Positions 29,966 through 41,607 of a DNA stretch of 64,000 nucleotides are shown here, in pieces (within the stretch, counting starts at the first letter, position 1; every line of letters starts with the position of its first letter). The stretch comes from an uncultured beta proteobacterium. Lineage in GTDB: Bacteria > Pseudomonadota > Gammaproteobacteria > Burkholderiales > Burkholderiaceae_C. A program made the translations under genes and the position numbers. Location: NCBI GenBank assembly GCA_903875275.1, contig CAIQVX010000098.1:762-64761 (forward strand), given 5' to 3'. Below the pieces are notes generated by a model. The model was not told the DNA's origin. It saw only the letters and a list, made by a program, of their open reading frames with translations, and searched no databases.

Positions 29966-30284
29966 GAGTCTGGGTCAAGGTCGATTGGACTGATCCATGT
30001 TCTTGCCACAGCCACTGCGCGTCAACCCCACCGCAGGCCAGGGGTTGTTGCGCTTGAACTCATCCCGCGGACTCGCGCCCGTCCTGGCATTGCTGTCGGC
30101 ATTGACGCTGGGGTCTGCCTTCACCTTGGCCAGGGCTTTGGCTTTTCCCCCTGCTCTTTGGCTTAGCTTTGTGGATGATTTTGGTCCCGGGCGTGACCTT
30201 GACCTTGTTGGTCGCGTTGTCAGCCGTCTGAGCAAGAACCACCGAAAAAGATTTCATCCGGCCATGTCCTCGTGCACTTTTCAG

Positions 30285-30815
30285 TCAGCCTTCCTGCCGT
30301 ACTTTCTTGACCAGAGCCGTGGTGGAGTAACCGCTTACAAACGGCAGCGCCAAGGCACGCCCGCCCCAGGACTTAACAACATGCGTCTCGGCCAGTGTAC
30401 GCATGTCGTAGTCGCCACCCTTGACCAGGATGTCGGGCCGGATTTCGGAAATGAGTTGCAGCGGTGTGTCCTCCTCGAACCACGTCACCAGGCTGGTGCT
30501 GGCCAGCGCAGCAATGACGGTGGCACGATCAACCTCGTTGTTCAGGGGTCGATCAGGTCCTTTGCCGAGCCGGCGGGCGGAAGCATCGGTGTTCAGAGCC
30601 ACCAGCAGACTGGCGCCCAGCGCCCGCGCCTGCGCCAGATAGACGACATGCCCGCGATGCAGCACATCGAACACACCGTTCGTAAAAACAAGTGGCCGGG
30701 GCAGCAGGCCAAGTCGGTCCGCAAGCGACGAGCGCGGACAGATCTTGTCGGAAAACTCGTCCGCCACGCTCGTGACATTCATGGTTTCCATGCCAGTAGA
30801 CCGCTCCCCCAGCAT
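30285..30815 (-). CDS. rfaE2: D-glycero-beta-D-manno-heptose 1-phosphate adenylyltransferase
   Basis: VFTNGVFDVLHRGH, LVKGGDY, STT motifs; start uncertain. Confidence 0.92.
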   Translation of the reverse strand: MLGERSTGMETMNVTSVADEFSDKICPRSSLADRLGLLPRPLVFTNGVFDVLHRGHVVYLAQARALGASLLVALNTDASARRLGKGPDRPLNNEVDRATVIAALASTSLVTWFEEDTPLQLISEIRPDILVKGGDYDMRTLAETHVVKSWGGRALALPFVSGYSTTALVKKVRQEG

Positions 30816-30829
30816 GTTGCTCCTGACAA

Positions 30830-31444
30830 TCAGTCCGGCTGCGTTTCAGCGAAACTGGCCCGCAGCATCAGCTTGTCGTGCAGTTTCTGCAGGTTCGGGT
30901 AGTCAGTGCGCCAGTCGATCTGAGGCAACCGGAAGTCCAGATACCCCAGAGCGCAACCCACCGCAATGTCGGCCAGACTGAAGTGGATGCCAGCGCAAAA
31001 GGGCTTTTCGCTCAAGCCCTTGCTCATGGACTTGAGTGAGTCGTGAATCTTGCCCAACTGCCGGTCAATCCACGCCTGGCTGCGCTCGGCCTGGGTACGA
31101 CCAGGCCATGTGGCCTCCAGCCGCGCCAGAATGGCGGCATCCAGAACGCCATCGGAAAGGGCCTCCCAGGTCTTGACCTCAGCGCGCTCACGCCCCACGG
31201 TAGGGATCAGTTTGCCCACGGGTGAGAGGGTGTCAAGGTACTCGACAATCACACGCGAATCAAAAAGCGCTTCTCCTGCCTCCATGATCAGACACGGTAC
31301 CTTGCCCAGGGGATTGGTTTCGGTAATCGTTGTCTGTGCCGCCCACACATCCTCGGGGATAAAAGCGTACTCAAGCTTTTTTTCGAGCATGACGATGCGA
31401 ACTTTTCGCACATACGGGCTGGTTATTGATCCGAGTAATTTCAT
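30830..31444 (-). CDS. Glutathione S-transferase family protein
   Basis: TSPYVRKV, NPLGKVPCL, FDSRVIVEYLD. Confidence 0.92.
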   Translation of the reverse strand: MKLLGSITSPYVRKVRIVMLEKKLEYAFIPEDVWAAQTTITETNPLGKVPCLIMEAGEALFDSRVIVEYLDTLSPVGKLIPTVGRERAEVKTWEALSDGVLDAAILARLEATWPGRTQAERSQAWIDRQLGKIHDSLKSMSKGLSEKPFCAGIHFSLADIAVGCALGYLDFRLPQIDWRTDYPNLQKLHDKLMLRASFAETQPD

Positions 31445-31500
31445 GGGGAATAGGGTAATGCAGGAGCTTTCATTCTATACACGGGTTGCAGAAGTCCTGA

Positions 31501-32918
<1,418 letters not shown>

Positions 32919-32919
<1 letters not shown>

Positions 32920-33479
32920 TGGCCACCAAATCGACCATCTTCAAAGCCAGTCTGCAGATTGCCGACATTGACAACGCCTACTACGCCGACCACGCACTGA
33001 CGCTGGCCCGTCATCCGAGCGAGACCGACGAGCGCATGATGGTGCGCCTGTGCGCCCTGGCCCTGCAAGCGCACAAGCTGCAGACCCTGTGCGGCGGCGA
33101 TGGCACACTGGCTTTTGGCGCCGGCCTGTCCGATCCCGACGAGCCTGATGTCGTGTTGCGCGATTTCACCGGCCTCACCCGGCTCTGGATTGAAGTGGGT
33201 CAACCCGACGACAAGCCACTGCTCAAGGCCTGCGGCAAAGCCGACGAGCTGGTGCTCTACTGTTTTAACCATGCAGCTGAAATCTGGTGGCGCAGCATGG
33301 AGGCCAAACTGTCCCGACCGAAAAACCTGAGCGTGTACCGGCTGCCGACCGGCGCTACGCAGGCTCTGATCCCCATGGCCCAACGCAGCATGCAGTTGCA
33401 GGCCACGATTCAGGAAGGCGTGTTGATGCTTGGAGACGGCAGTGTCCAGGTCGACCTGGAGCCTGCACGCTGGAAATAG
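32919..33479 (+). CDS. yaeQ: YaeQ family protein
   Basis: MATKSTIFKA, LARHPSETDERMMVRL, LWIEVGQPD. Confidence 0.92.
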
Positions 33480-33501
33480 GTGCAGGTGCTATCCTTGCAC
33501 C

Positions 33502-33855
33502 ATGAAAACACTCGTCAAATGGTTTCTAAGCGCCGCTGCGTTGCTCGCGGTTGCCTATCTCTACGGCGGCGTTCAGATCAGCAGCTTCAGCTCGGCACTG
33601 ATTGCCGCCCTCGTGATCGGGCTGTTCAACATGATTCTGCGACCGGTACTGGTGGTTTTGACACTGCCCGTCACCATCATTTCGCTTGGCCTGTTCCTGT
33701 TCGTGATCAACGCCCTGATGTTCTGGGCCGCCGCCGGGGTGCTTGACGGCTTCCATGTCAACGGTTTTGGTGCGGCGCTGCTGGGCTCGCTCATTTACTC
33801 CGCCTTTGGCGTGCTGATCGACTCAGCGATCGAGCGACTGTTCCTTCAGCAATAG
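33502..33855 (+). CDS. 4-TM membrane protein (YvlD / holin-like family)
   Basis: LRPVLVVLTLPVTIISLGLFLFVINALM motif; start ATG 33502. Confidence 0.85.
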   Translation: MKTLVKWFLSAAALLAVAYLYGGVQISSFSSALIAALVIGLFNMILRPVLVVLTLPVTIISLGLFLFVINALMFWAAAGVLDGFHVNGFGAALLGSLIYSAFGVLIDSAIERLFLQQ

Positions 33856-35427
33856 CTCCACCTGACGCCTGCGGGTGTTGACGATGGACGACTCAATGTG
33901 GTCCTGCTCCGCCCGACCGGTGCCGGCGCCCTCACTTTGGCGCATCAAGTCCTGCGCGGCTCTGAAACGGTCGACGGCGGCGGCGTAATCGAGTCGCGCC
34001 ACCTGCGTCTCTGCGTCAGCACGAATGGCGCGCAGGGTCTGGCCCTGAATCGCGTAGGCACTCGACAGCAATTGCCAGGCTTGGGCATCATGCGGATGCG
34101 CCAGCACCCAGAGCTGCAGGCGCTGAGCGGCTTCATTGGCAGCGCCGGCTTCTGCGCTCTGGATCGCAATCTGCGCCGACAGGAACAGTTCCGGCCGCTG
34201 CGATGCCAGTCCCGGCGCCGTCGCGCCGCTCTGGAGCAGGGCCGCAGCGCGCCGCGGCTCGCCCGCAGCCAGCGCCACTTCAACCGCGAGGAGCTGAGAC
34301 AGACGCAGAGCCTGCGCATCAGATCGCGTCACACCGGACAAGCGTTCGAGATGCTCCGACGCGCTGGCGAAATCACGCAGTCGACTGGCCGCCAGCACAG
34401 CACCGTACAGCACCTCAGCCTGACGTGCAGGCGCGGCCGACTTCAATGAGGTGCCAAGCGCTTCCGACGCGATGGAGCGCAGGCCATCAACCCCTGGGTT
34501 GGACAAGACCCGCGCCCGCGCCATCATCATGGCGTGCTCGACCGGCACCGAGCCAGTACCGGAGCCGACCGTGCCCATGGGCTGGCGCCCTTGCATGTCA
34601 GCAATCCGCTCCGTCGTCAGCGGGTGGCTGCGCAGGTAGGGATAGGCTCCACTGTCGTTGAGCCTGGAAGCCTGCAGCAGCTTGTCAAACATCGAGACAA
34701 ATCCCTGTGCGTCGAATCCGGCCTGCGTCATCACGCCAAAACCAACGCGGTCGGCCTCGCGTTCCATGTCACGGGAGAAATTGAGCTGAGTCTGGGCTGC
34801 GACGGCCTGACCGCCAACGATCAGTGCGCTGCCGGCATCCGCGCTCTTGCCAGCGGCCAGTGCGCCCAGAATCATGGCGCCAATCATCCAGGGCGCTTGC
34901 TGACTCTGTTTGGACATCAGCCGGGAAATGTGGCGCTGTGTCACATGACTGAGTTCATGCCCCAGAACCGAAGCCAGTTCGTCACGGCTGCCAACCACGG
35001 CCAGCAGACCCAGATGAACGCCAAAGTAGCCACCTGGCAGGGCAAACGCATTGACGGTGCGATCGCGTCCAAGCAGGACCTCCCAGGCAAAACGGTCAGC
35101 AAGTTCAGCCGAGAGATCGCCGCGCGCCTTGGCAGCTGCCAGCAGTGGTCGCCACACGCCCTGCACGTATTGCGCCAGCACCGGGTCGTCGATGTAGTCG
35201 GGGTCGCGGTAGAGTTCGCGTGCGATCCGGTCTCCCAGTCGCCGCTCAGCGTTGCTGCTCATGTCGCTCCCGTCACCCAGCGTCGGCAACTGAAGGCTGC
35301 TGTCGGACCTGCCCATCCTGGCGGTGTCAGTCGGTTGCGCCCACAGGGGCGCGGCGCTGGCCACCAGCAGCAACACCGTGGAGCGCGCTGCCCGGGCGGC
35401 GCTGGCCAGAACGCTATTTGCGGTCAT
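33823..35427 (-). CDS. M48 family metalloprotease (BepA/YfgC-like) with TPR region
   Basis: [35 protein letters not shown]; start uncertain. Confidence 0.9.
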   Translation of the reverse strand: MTANSVLASAARAARSTVLLLVASAAPLWAQPTDTARMGRSDSSLQLPTLGDGSDMSSNAERRLGDRIARELYRDPDYIDDPVLAQYVQGVWRPLLAAAKARGDLSAELADRFAWEVLLGRDRTVNAFALPGGYFGVHLGLLAVVGSRDELASVLGHELSHVTQRHISRLMSKQSQQAPWMIGAMILGALAAGKSADAGSALIVGGQAVAAQTQLNFSRDMEREADRVGFGVMTQAGFDAQGFVSMFDKLLQASRLNDSGAYPYLRSHPLTTERIADMQGRQPMGTVGSGTGSVPVEHAMMMARARVLSNPGVDGLRSIASEALGTSLKSAAPARQAEVLYGAVLAASRLRDFASASEHLERLSGVTRSDAQALRLSQLLAVEVALAAGEPRRAAALLQSGATAPGLASQRPELFLSAQIAIQSAEAGAANEAAQRLQLWVLAHPHDAQAWQLLSSAYAIQGQTLRAIRADAETQVARLDYAAAVDRFRAAQDLMRQSEGAGTGRAEQDHIESSIVNTRRRQVELLLKEQSLDR

Positions 35428-35548
35428 TTGTGGGGTGACAATGAGTTGTGTCCGTGAAGCCTGCCATGATCGTATGATGCTGGACCCGTATGAACGCCGT
35501 GTAAATCTGGCACACCGGCACGACCTGCCAACTGTAACGAAATTTTTC

Positions 35549-36040
35549 ATGAGCTCACTTACCCATTTTGACGCACAGGGTCAGGCCCACATGGTGGACG
35601 TGGCAACGAAGAGCAACACCCACCGCATTGGTGTTGCCACTGGGCGGATCGAAATGCAGCCCGCCACACTGAGCATTATTGAAAGTGGCAGTGCCAAGAA
35701 AGGCGATGTCCTAGGAATCGCCCGAATCGCTGGCATCATGGCAGCCAAGAAGACCAGCGAATTGATCCCCCTTTGTCACCCTCTGGCGCTGACCCGCGTC
35801 ACGGTTGAATTTGAAGTGCTTGCCGCCAACGTGAACACTGCAGCCGCTGTTGCCTGCAAAGCCACTGCGGAAACTGTTGGCCCCACTGGCGTCGAGATGG
35901 AGGCGCTGACCGCGGTGCAAGTGGCCCTGCTGACCATCTACGATATGTGCAAGGCGGTGGACCGCAGCATGACCATCACCGGTGTGCGGCTGCTGGAGAA
36001 GCACGGCGGCAAGTCGGGCAGCTTTGTGGCGGAGCGCTAA
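35549..36040 (+). CDS. moaC: Cyclic pyranopterin monophosphate synthase MoaC
   Basis: [39 protein letters not shown]. Confidence 0.97.
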   Translation: MSSLTHFDAQGQAHMVDVATKSNTHRIGVATGRIEMQPATLSIIESGSAKKGDVLGIARIAGIMAAKKTSELIPLCHPLALTRVTVEFEVLAANVNTAAAVACKATAETVGPTGVEMEALTAVQVALLTIYDMCKAVDRSMTITGVRLLEKHGGKSGSFVAER

Positions 36041-37551
36041 GGCGTTTGCGCCTGCCTGTCGGCACGCTGGCGCAGCCAGAGTGCGTGGCTCTCGGGAAAG
36101 GCGGCCTGGTACCGTGCCAGGTAAAAGGAAGCCTCACTCTCGCGCCCCAGCAACAGGGCACTGTCGATCAGTTTTTCTACGACACGCGCTTCCGGTGAGA
36201 AATGCAGCAAGTCAAGTGCCATGTCATGCAGGTAAGCCGCATTTTCAGGTGTTACCTCTGACGTCGTGAGTTCGGCAAAGCGCACCTGGTTTGAAAACAG
36301 CCAGGAGCCGCTGATTTTGGCGAGCGTGTGATCGCGGTATGCCGCCGCCCTGAGGCTCGGTGCCAGGTAGATCTGACTGATGCGCTGATAGTCCCATGCG
36401 GCATAGGCCACGATCACGAGCAGCGCGCCGGCAAGCACGCCCGACCTGAGACCCGGCCAGGCTGGCGCGACCATAGTCGTTCTGGCGCTCCCACGCCACA
36501 ACAAACAGACGCTCAGACCAAAAGCCATCTGGAATGGGCCATACCAAAGTGGGTACTCCAGCATGCTGTGCAGCAGGATGAGCGCCAGCACCGCCCAGGC
36601 CATCTGGCGTGTCGCATCGGTCTCGCGCCAGGGTTTGGCGCGCCATGCCAGCCAGCCACCGGCAATGCAGACCGCGAGGGCCAGAGGCACACCCAGTTCG
36701 ACAGCGAGGTGCAAGGGCAGATTGTGCGCATTGTCCAGGATGTCGCAAAACCTCGGCCCCGGGTAAAGCGTCACGAAGTGGGCGAAATCCAGTTCACCCC
36801 AGCCCCAACCCAGCCATGGCCTTTGACCTATCAGAGCAAGCACGTTGGACCACAGGGTCAGTCGACTGGTGCAGGGTGCCGCGCCCTCATGCAGACGCCC
36901 CAGAATGCCACTGGACTGTGCATCCAAACCACCCAAGGCAGGCAAAGCAAACGCCGCAACAGCGTAGGCCAGCACCGCGATCAGCAAGATCGGCAGTCCG
37001 GCTGAATTGCGCGTGGTCCCGGCCGACCACGCCCATACCCTGTCCAGGAACAGCAACAACAGCAATTGCACCGTGCCGGTACGGGATGCCGACGCCGCAT
37101 TTCCGAAAACCAGCACCACAGCCGCCAGCATGGCTGCACCACGCCAATGGTTCGCACCGGCACTTGCTGCAGCACAGGCAGGGTTCGACCCGCCGGCAAG
37201 ACGCGCGTTCCACCAAAGCAGGGCCGCCATGCCGATATTGGTCAGGGTCGCGAATTGATTTCGCTGCCGCAGGTTGGCAAACGCCTCCCCGACTTCAGCG
37301 CCGTTGACCCACGGGTCAAACAGTGACGCACCTCCAAAGTACTGCAACAGGCCCAGAACCGCGCTGATCATGGCGGCTGAAAGCCACGCCGACGCAGCCG
37401 CACACTCCAGCCGCGCAGGCGCAACCCACAGCATCAGCAAGGCCAGACTCCCCAGCGTCAACAACCAGGGGATGACACTGGGCGAGGGTCCCGGCGAAAG
37501 CGGATTAAGCCAGGGCAGCGCGATCAGGACGGAAGCATTGAATGAGTGCAT
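36037..37551 (-). CDS. pglL: PglL-family O-oligosaccharyltransferase (Wzy_C plus C-terminal domain)
   Basis: [47 protein letters not shown]; adjacent to moaC. Confidence 0.85.
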   Translation of the reverse strand: MHSFNASVLIALPWLNPLSPGPSPSVIPWLLTLGSLALLMLWVAPARLECAAASAWLSAAMISAVLGLLQYFGGASLFDPWVNGAEVGEAFANLRQRNQFATLTNIGMAALLWWNARLAGGSNPACAAASAGANHWRGAAMLAAVVLVFGNAASASRTGTVQLLLLLFLDRVWAWSAGTTRNSAGLPILLIAVLAYAVAAFALPALGGLDAQSSGILGRLHEGAAPCTSRLTLWSNVLALIGQRPWLGWGWGELDFAHFVTLYPGPRFCDILDNAHNLPLHLAVELGVPLALAVCIAGGWLAWRAKPWRETDATRQMAWAVLALILLHSMLEYPLWYGPFQMAFGLSVCLLWRGSARTTMVAPAWPGLRSGVLAGALLVIVAYAAWDYQRISQIYLAPSLRAAAYRDHTLAKISGSWLFSNQVRFAELTTSEVTPENAAYLHDMALDLLHFSPEARVVEKLIDSALLLGRESEASFYLARYQAAFPESHALWLRQRADRQAQTP

Positions 37552-37675
37552 AAAACGGTCGAAATTCCTGCACCCTATTATTGTTGGACAATATCCACAA
37601 TTGCCTGACCCCTTGAAGATTTCGGGGAGGCTCGCGTTTCATTGGGTATGATCAACTTTTACACGAGTATTGGCG

Positions 37676-38146
37676 ATGAAGACCGATAATTTACAAGACT
37701 ATTTCAGGGGACAACAAGTATCCCTCCAATGGCTGCCCGTATTGCGGGCCCTGGCGTTCGAGATGTCGGCAAGTGCCGAAACCAAGGAACTGCGCCAGCT
37801 TTTTTTCAGAATTGGCGAGCATTTCGCCAATGATACGGAGGAAAGGTTTCAGGATGTGCAAACCTTGACCCAACTTGAAGACGCACTGAACGAATTCTGG
37901 TCTCAGATCAACTGGGGTTGGGTCGAACTGCGGGAAGCCAAGGGGTGTATCGAGATAACGCACCACGCAGCGCCACTGGCAGAGGCATTTGGGGACGAGG
38001 CACTGAACTGGAGCATCGGCCTGCTCGAGGGTTTCTACCAGAGCGTGTTCAAAGTCCTTGGCGCCAGCGAAGCAATGGTAGTGCAGGGCATTGGTGAATC
38101 GTCCAACGGGATGGACATCCGCCTGAGTTTTGGCTTGCCAGATTGA
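37676..38146 (+). CDS. bcsD: Cellulose biosynthesis protein BcsD
   Basis: QWLPVLRALAFE, LFFRIGEHFA, LNEFWSQINWGWVEL, GLLEGFY; first gene of the bcs cluster. Confidence 0.8.
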   Translation: MKTDNLQDYFRGQQVSLQWLPVLRALAFEMSASAETKELRQLFFRIGEHFANDTEERFQDVQTLTQLEDALNEFWSQINWGWVELREAKGCIEITHHAAPLAEAFGDEALNWSIGLLEGFYQSVFKVLGASEAMVVQGIGESSNGMDIRLSFGLPD

Positions 38147-38170
38147 TTACAAGACTAAAGGAGCAAGGGC

Positions 38171-38719
38171 ATGGCGAAGGTGGGAGAGTATTCCTCGACA
38201 TTGTTCCGGTCCCTCAGACCGGACGATGAGAATTTTCAGGCCAGTGCCTCTGCGGCGGCGCGCGAGGCCGAGCAGAGGTGGCCTCTATTCAAAGCAGTTT
38301 CGCCAAAAAAGCTGGCCCCCACGCCGGTGCTGTCGGCGCAGGAGCGGACCATCTGGAGCAATCAGGAAAAGCCCAGCAAGCCCGAGCGCAAGCCGGCACT
38401 GTCAGTTCCTGGCGTGAGCAACAAGATGGCCATGAACCTGAACAAAATGGGAGGTCGCAGCACGGCGCCCGCCCTTGCCAGATCACCGGTGCGCGCTGAG
38501 CGCGAAAACCCTGCGCAAGAGCAGTCGCCGGAGGGCCGTAGCCTGCTGTTTTCGAAGGCAGTGCCCATCGATCTGATCGAGGAGCCGCAGGTGCAGCCCC
38601 CAACTCGATCTGACGACTCTCTTGCCAAACTGTTCAGCCGTCTTGAAGGCAAGGAAAAGGTCCTTGAAAAGCCAGACAGCAAGCGGGCCTCATTTCTGGG
38701 TCGACTAGGCAGGCGATGA
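38171..38719 (+). CDS. BcsP/BcsR-like proline-rich protein
   Basis: N-terminal LFRSL...AAREAEQRWPLF motif like BcsR/BcsP, Pro-rich middle, LAKLFSRLEG near the C-terminus; between bcsD and bcsQ. Confidence 0.6.
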   Translation: MAKVGEYSSTLFRSLRPDDENFQASASAAAREAEQRWPLFKAVSPKKLAPTPVLSAQERTIWSNQEKPSKPERKPALSVPGVSNKMAMNLNKMGGRSTAPALARSPVRAERENPAQEQSPEGRSLLFSKAVPIDLIEEPQVQPPTRSDDSLAKLFSRLEGKEKVLEKPDSKRASFLGRLGRR

Positions 38720-39480
38720 GCGTTGTCGGCGTTGTTTCAATGAAGGGCGGCGTCGGGAAAACGTCCCTTACAGCCAATCTTGCTTCGGCCCTGTCAGCCA
38801 AACTCGGTTCCGGCCGTGTCTCGGTGGTCGATCTGGACCCACAAAATGCATTGCACTGGCACTTCGGAATTCAGGACCCGGAGACTGAGGGCGTTTGCCG
38901 GCAATCCGTGCGCGGCGAAGACTGGAGTGGCGTGACACTGGCCAGCGACTTTGCTGTGGAATGTCTGCCCTATGGGGCTGCCAGCGAACCCGATCGGGAA
39001 GCATTTGAAGCGCTGCTCGGTGCCCAGCCTAGTTGGGTTGGCGACCACATCAAGCAGGCTGGACTTGACGAAGACCGTGTCGTTCTGATAGACACACCAC
39101 CGGGATCCACAGTTTATTTGAGGCAGGTTTTCGCTTGTGCCGATCTGGTGTTGATCGTGCTGCTCGCGGACGCGGGATCCTACGCAACGATTCCGGCGAT
39201 GGAATCCTGGCTCGATGAAATGTCTTCGGTCTACCCTCACCTTCGGACTATTTACGTACTCAATCAGGTTGATCGAAGCGATTCCTTCAATCGCGATGTG
39301 GCAGACCTGCTGCAACGACATCTCGGAGAACGGCTGGCTCCCATCGGCATCCACAGCGATGAGGCGGTCAGCGAAGCGCTTGCCTTTCAGCAACCGGTGC
39401 TGGCCTACGACCCTTACGGGCAGGCCAGCCATGATCTTGCTCGACTCGCGGCATGGATGATCACCACGCTGAACCAATGA
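38716..39480 (+). CDS. bcsQ: Cellulose biosynthesis ATPase BcsQ (MinD/ParA-like), copy 1
   Basis: KGGVGKTS deviant Walker A, DLDPQNALHWHFG, LPYG, DEAVSEALA, QASHDL. Confidence 0.88.
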   Translation: MSVVGVVSMKGGVGKTSLTANLASALSAKLGSGRVSVVDLDPQNALHWHFGIQDPETEGVCRQSVRGEDWSGVTLASDFAVECLPYGAASEPDREAFEALLGAQPSWVGDHIKQAGLDEDRVVLIDTPPGSTVYLRQVFACADLVLIVLLADAGSYATIPAMESWLDEMSSVYPHLRTIYVLNQVDRSDSFNRDVADLLQRHLGERLAPIGIHSDEAVSEALAFQQPVLAYDPYGQASHDLARLAAWMITTLNQ

Positions 39481-41606
39481 GCCCGCGGGTGCTGCTGAGG
39501 CTCTGGCGGGAACGCTGGGGCAAATCGGTGCTCCCAAAATCTGCATCCCCTTTTGTCGATGGACACCTCAATCAGATAGGCAACTGGTTGACTTACCTTT
39601 CAGCCTGGTCTGTGCCCGGCCTCACCGTCCTGGCCGCTCTCTGCTGTATCTGGCTGGCTGGCCTGTTGCTGGTGGTTCAGTTTTCCCTGGATGACCAGAT
39701 CATTTTTTCCGCTTCCATCATTTGTCTGGCGCTTTACGCTCGCCGGTATGCCGGTCATTTTGTAACGCTTTTATTGATGGGCCTGGGCGTCGTCGTTTCC
39801 GCCCGTTACCTCTACTGGCGCCTCATCGCGACCCTGGCTCCACAGGTGGACGCCGACTTCGTTCTGGGATTCTGCCTTTGTCTTGCCGAACTTCACTTGT
39901 GGTTGCTGACCATGACCGGCACCATGAAGGACCTGTGGCCCGTCAGGAAAGTGCCGATTGCCTTGCCGGCCGAGTCCGCTGGCTGGCCTCCCGTTGATGT
40001 TTTCATCCTCTGCGACGATCAAACCGTGGCGGCCACCAGAGCAAGCGCCGAGGCAGCACAGGCACTGAGTTGGCCCAAGAGAATTTTGAAGGTCCACCTG
40101 CTCGACAGTGGCCTTCGGGAGGAAATCAAGGCGCTGGCGGACTCATTGTCCATCGCTTACTTGGTGCCCGAAAATCCTTTCGACGACCGGACCAGCCGGA
40201 TCAACCAGGCATTGACCAGAACCGAAGGCAATCTGATCACCATTCTTGAGTGCCATTCAAGTCCTGCCACAGACCTCCTGAAGACCATCGTAGGCTGGTT
40301 CCAGCGGGATACAAACCTGGCCATGCTGCAAACACCCGGGCATTTCCTGGCACCAGCACCTTCAGCGAGCGTGATGGAAATTTTCGAGGATCCGCAGACC
40401 ACCACGTCGTGTGCCTGCGTGCGGCGGTCCATGCTGGCTGCGGTCGACGGCATCGAGTCCGGGCCTGCCACCCGGCAAAGACACACGGCGCTGAAGTTGC
40501 AAGCAGCCGGTTACACCACCGGGTATCTCGGATTTGCCGGCGATGGCCAAGGCTCACTGCAGGAGGCCTTCATGGCCTATCGCCCATTTGGTGACTATTC
40601 ACTGCTTTGGAAATTGCGGCTCCACGCCTTTCACTCCATGCTCAGGTTCTTTCGTCCATTGCCACGGCTGGTGCTTGTTGTTGCGCCAGCGGCCTACCTG
40701 CTGTTTGACATCCGCCTGATCCAGTCTTCGGCGGCACTTCTGCTGGCCTGCGCGCTACCGCACCTGGTGCTCACTCACATCACCGCCGAGAGACGGCATG
40801 CCCAGCACCATTTTGGCGCGGTGACAGATCTGCGCGAATCGCTGTTGTCCGGGTACATCCTGTTTCTCACGGCAATCTCGCTGCTGTGGACCGAGATCAC
40901 CGAACGCCGCAAGAACTGGCGGGAAAAAAAGAAACGGCGAGTTGTCCCGTTCGACTGGAAGGCCGCTCTGGCCTTCCTGGCAATCCTGGGATTGAACCTG
41001 TCGGCAACAGTCAGCGCGGTCACGCAACTGCTGATATCCGAGCCCAAAGCAGTCGAAATGTACATCCTGTTTACCGTTTTCGCCTCGTATAACGTCATGC
41101 TCCTCGCGGCCATGCTTGCGGTGGCCGAGGAGGCACGGGCCATTCAGTTGCATACCCAGGGGCAGGCACGCCTGCCGGCCATGATCCGGCTGCCCTCAGG
41201 GCGCACCGTGTCCTGCACAACCGAAAATTTTCCTGAAATGGAACTGGCCCTGAAACTTCCCATGCCCGTCACCATCGAAGACCAGATGACGGTCAACATT
41301 TCCATCTTCCGCGGCAATCACGAGTTTTCGTTTCCTGCACCCGTGGTTCTGGAACCCGATCTGGTCCTGCGGGCCCGGATTGATGGGCCCGCGCAAACGG
41401 TCTACCGCTCCCTGGCGGTTGCGGCATACTCGCGTGGGCAGGATTGGCCAAAATGGTTACCCGGACGCGACGTTGACCACCCGCTACCCAGGTGGTTGCA
41501 GAAGTCGCCCGGCGCTGCGCGTCGCACGCCGCTTAATTTTGTACTGGGTCTTGGCAGATTACTGAACATGAAGCCCGGCAGTGGCGGGATGAAAAAGGGA
41601 AGATGA
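39477..41606 (+). CDS. bcsA: BcsA-like cellulose synthase subunit lacking catalytic and c-di-GMP motifs
   Basis: BcsA landmarks retained (SARYLYWR..TL, WPPVDVFI, QTPxHF, SCACVRR, PRLV..APAAYLLF, PilZ-position C-terminus) but DDG, HAKAG, DxD, TED, QxxRW, RxxxR and DxSxxG are absent; ATGA overlap with bcsQ. Confidence 0.8.
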   Translation: MSPRVLLRLWRERWGKSVLPKSASPFVDGHLNQIGNWLTYLSAWSVPGLTVLAALCCIWLAGLLLVVQFSLDDQIIFSASIICLALYARRYAGHFVTLLLMGLGVVVSARYLYWRLIATLAPQVDADFVLGFCLCLAELHLWLLTMTGTMKDLWPVRKVPIALPAESAGWPPVDVFILCDDQTVAATRASAEAAQALSWPKRILKVHLLDSGLREEIKALADSLSIAYLVPENPFDDRTSRINQALTRTEGNLITILECHSSPATDLLKTIVGWFQRDTNLAMLQTPGHFLAPAPSASVMEIFEDPQTTTSCACVRRSMLAAVDGIESGPATRQRHTALKLQAAGYTTGYLGFAGDGQGSLQEAFMAYRPFGDYSLLWKLRLHAFHSMLRFFRPLPRLVLVVAPAAYLLFDIRLIQSSAALLLACALPHLVLTHITAERRHAQHHFGAVTDLRESLLSGYILFLTAISLLWTEITERRKNWREKKKRRVVPFDWKAALAFLAILGLNLSATVSAVTQLLISEPKAVEMYILFTVFASYNVMLLAAMLAVAEEARAIQLHTQGQARLPAMIRLPSGRTVSCTTENFPEMELALKLPMPVTIEDQMTVNISIFRGNHEFSFPAPVVLEPDLVLRARIDGPAQTVYRSLAVAAYSRGQDWPKWLPGRDVDHPLPRWLQKSPGAARRTPLNFVLGLGRLLNMKPGSGGMKKGR

Positions 41607-41607
41607 A

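Noticed and set aside
33502-33855. Holin-like gene as evidence of a prophage
   Set aside because: This 4-TM family is commonly chromosomal and no phage genes flank it
37581-37600. Imperfect inverted repeat TTGTTGGA...TCCACAA between pglL and bcsD as an operator
   Set aside because: Short, imperfect and not repeated elsewhere that I could see; insufficient support
39477-41606. Calling the locus a functional cellulose synthase operon
   Set aside because: Catalytic D,D,D,QxxRW motifs, BcsZ and the BcsC barrel are not present in the window
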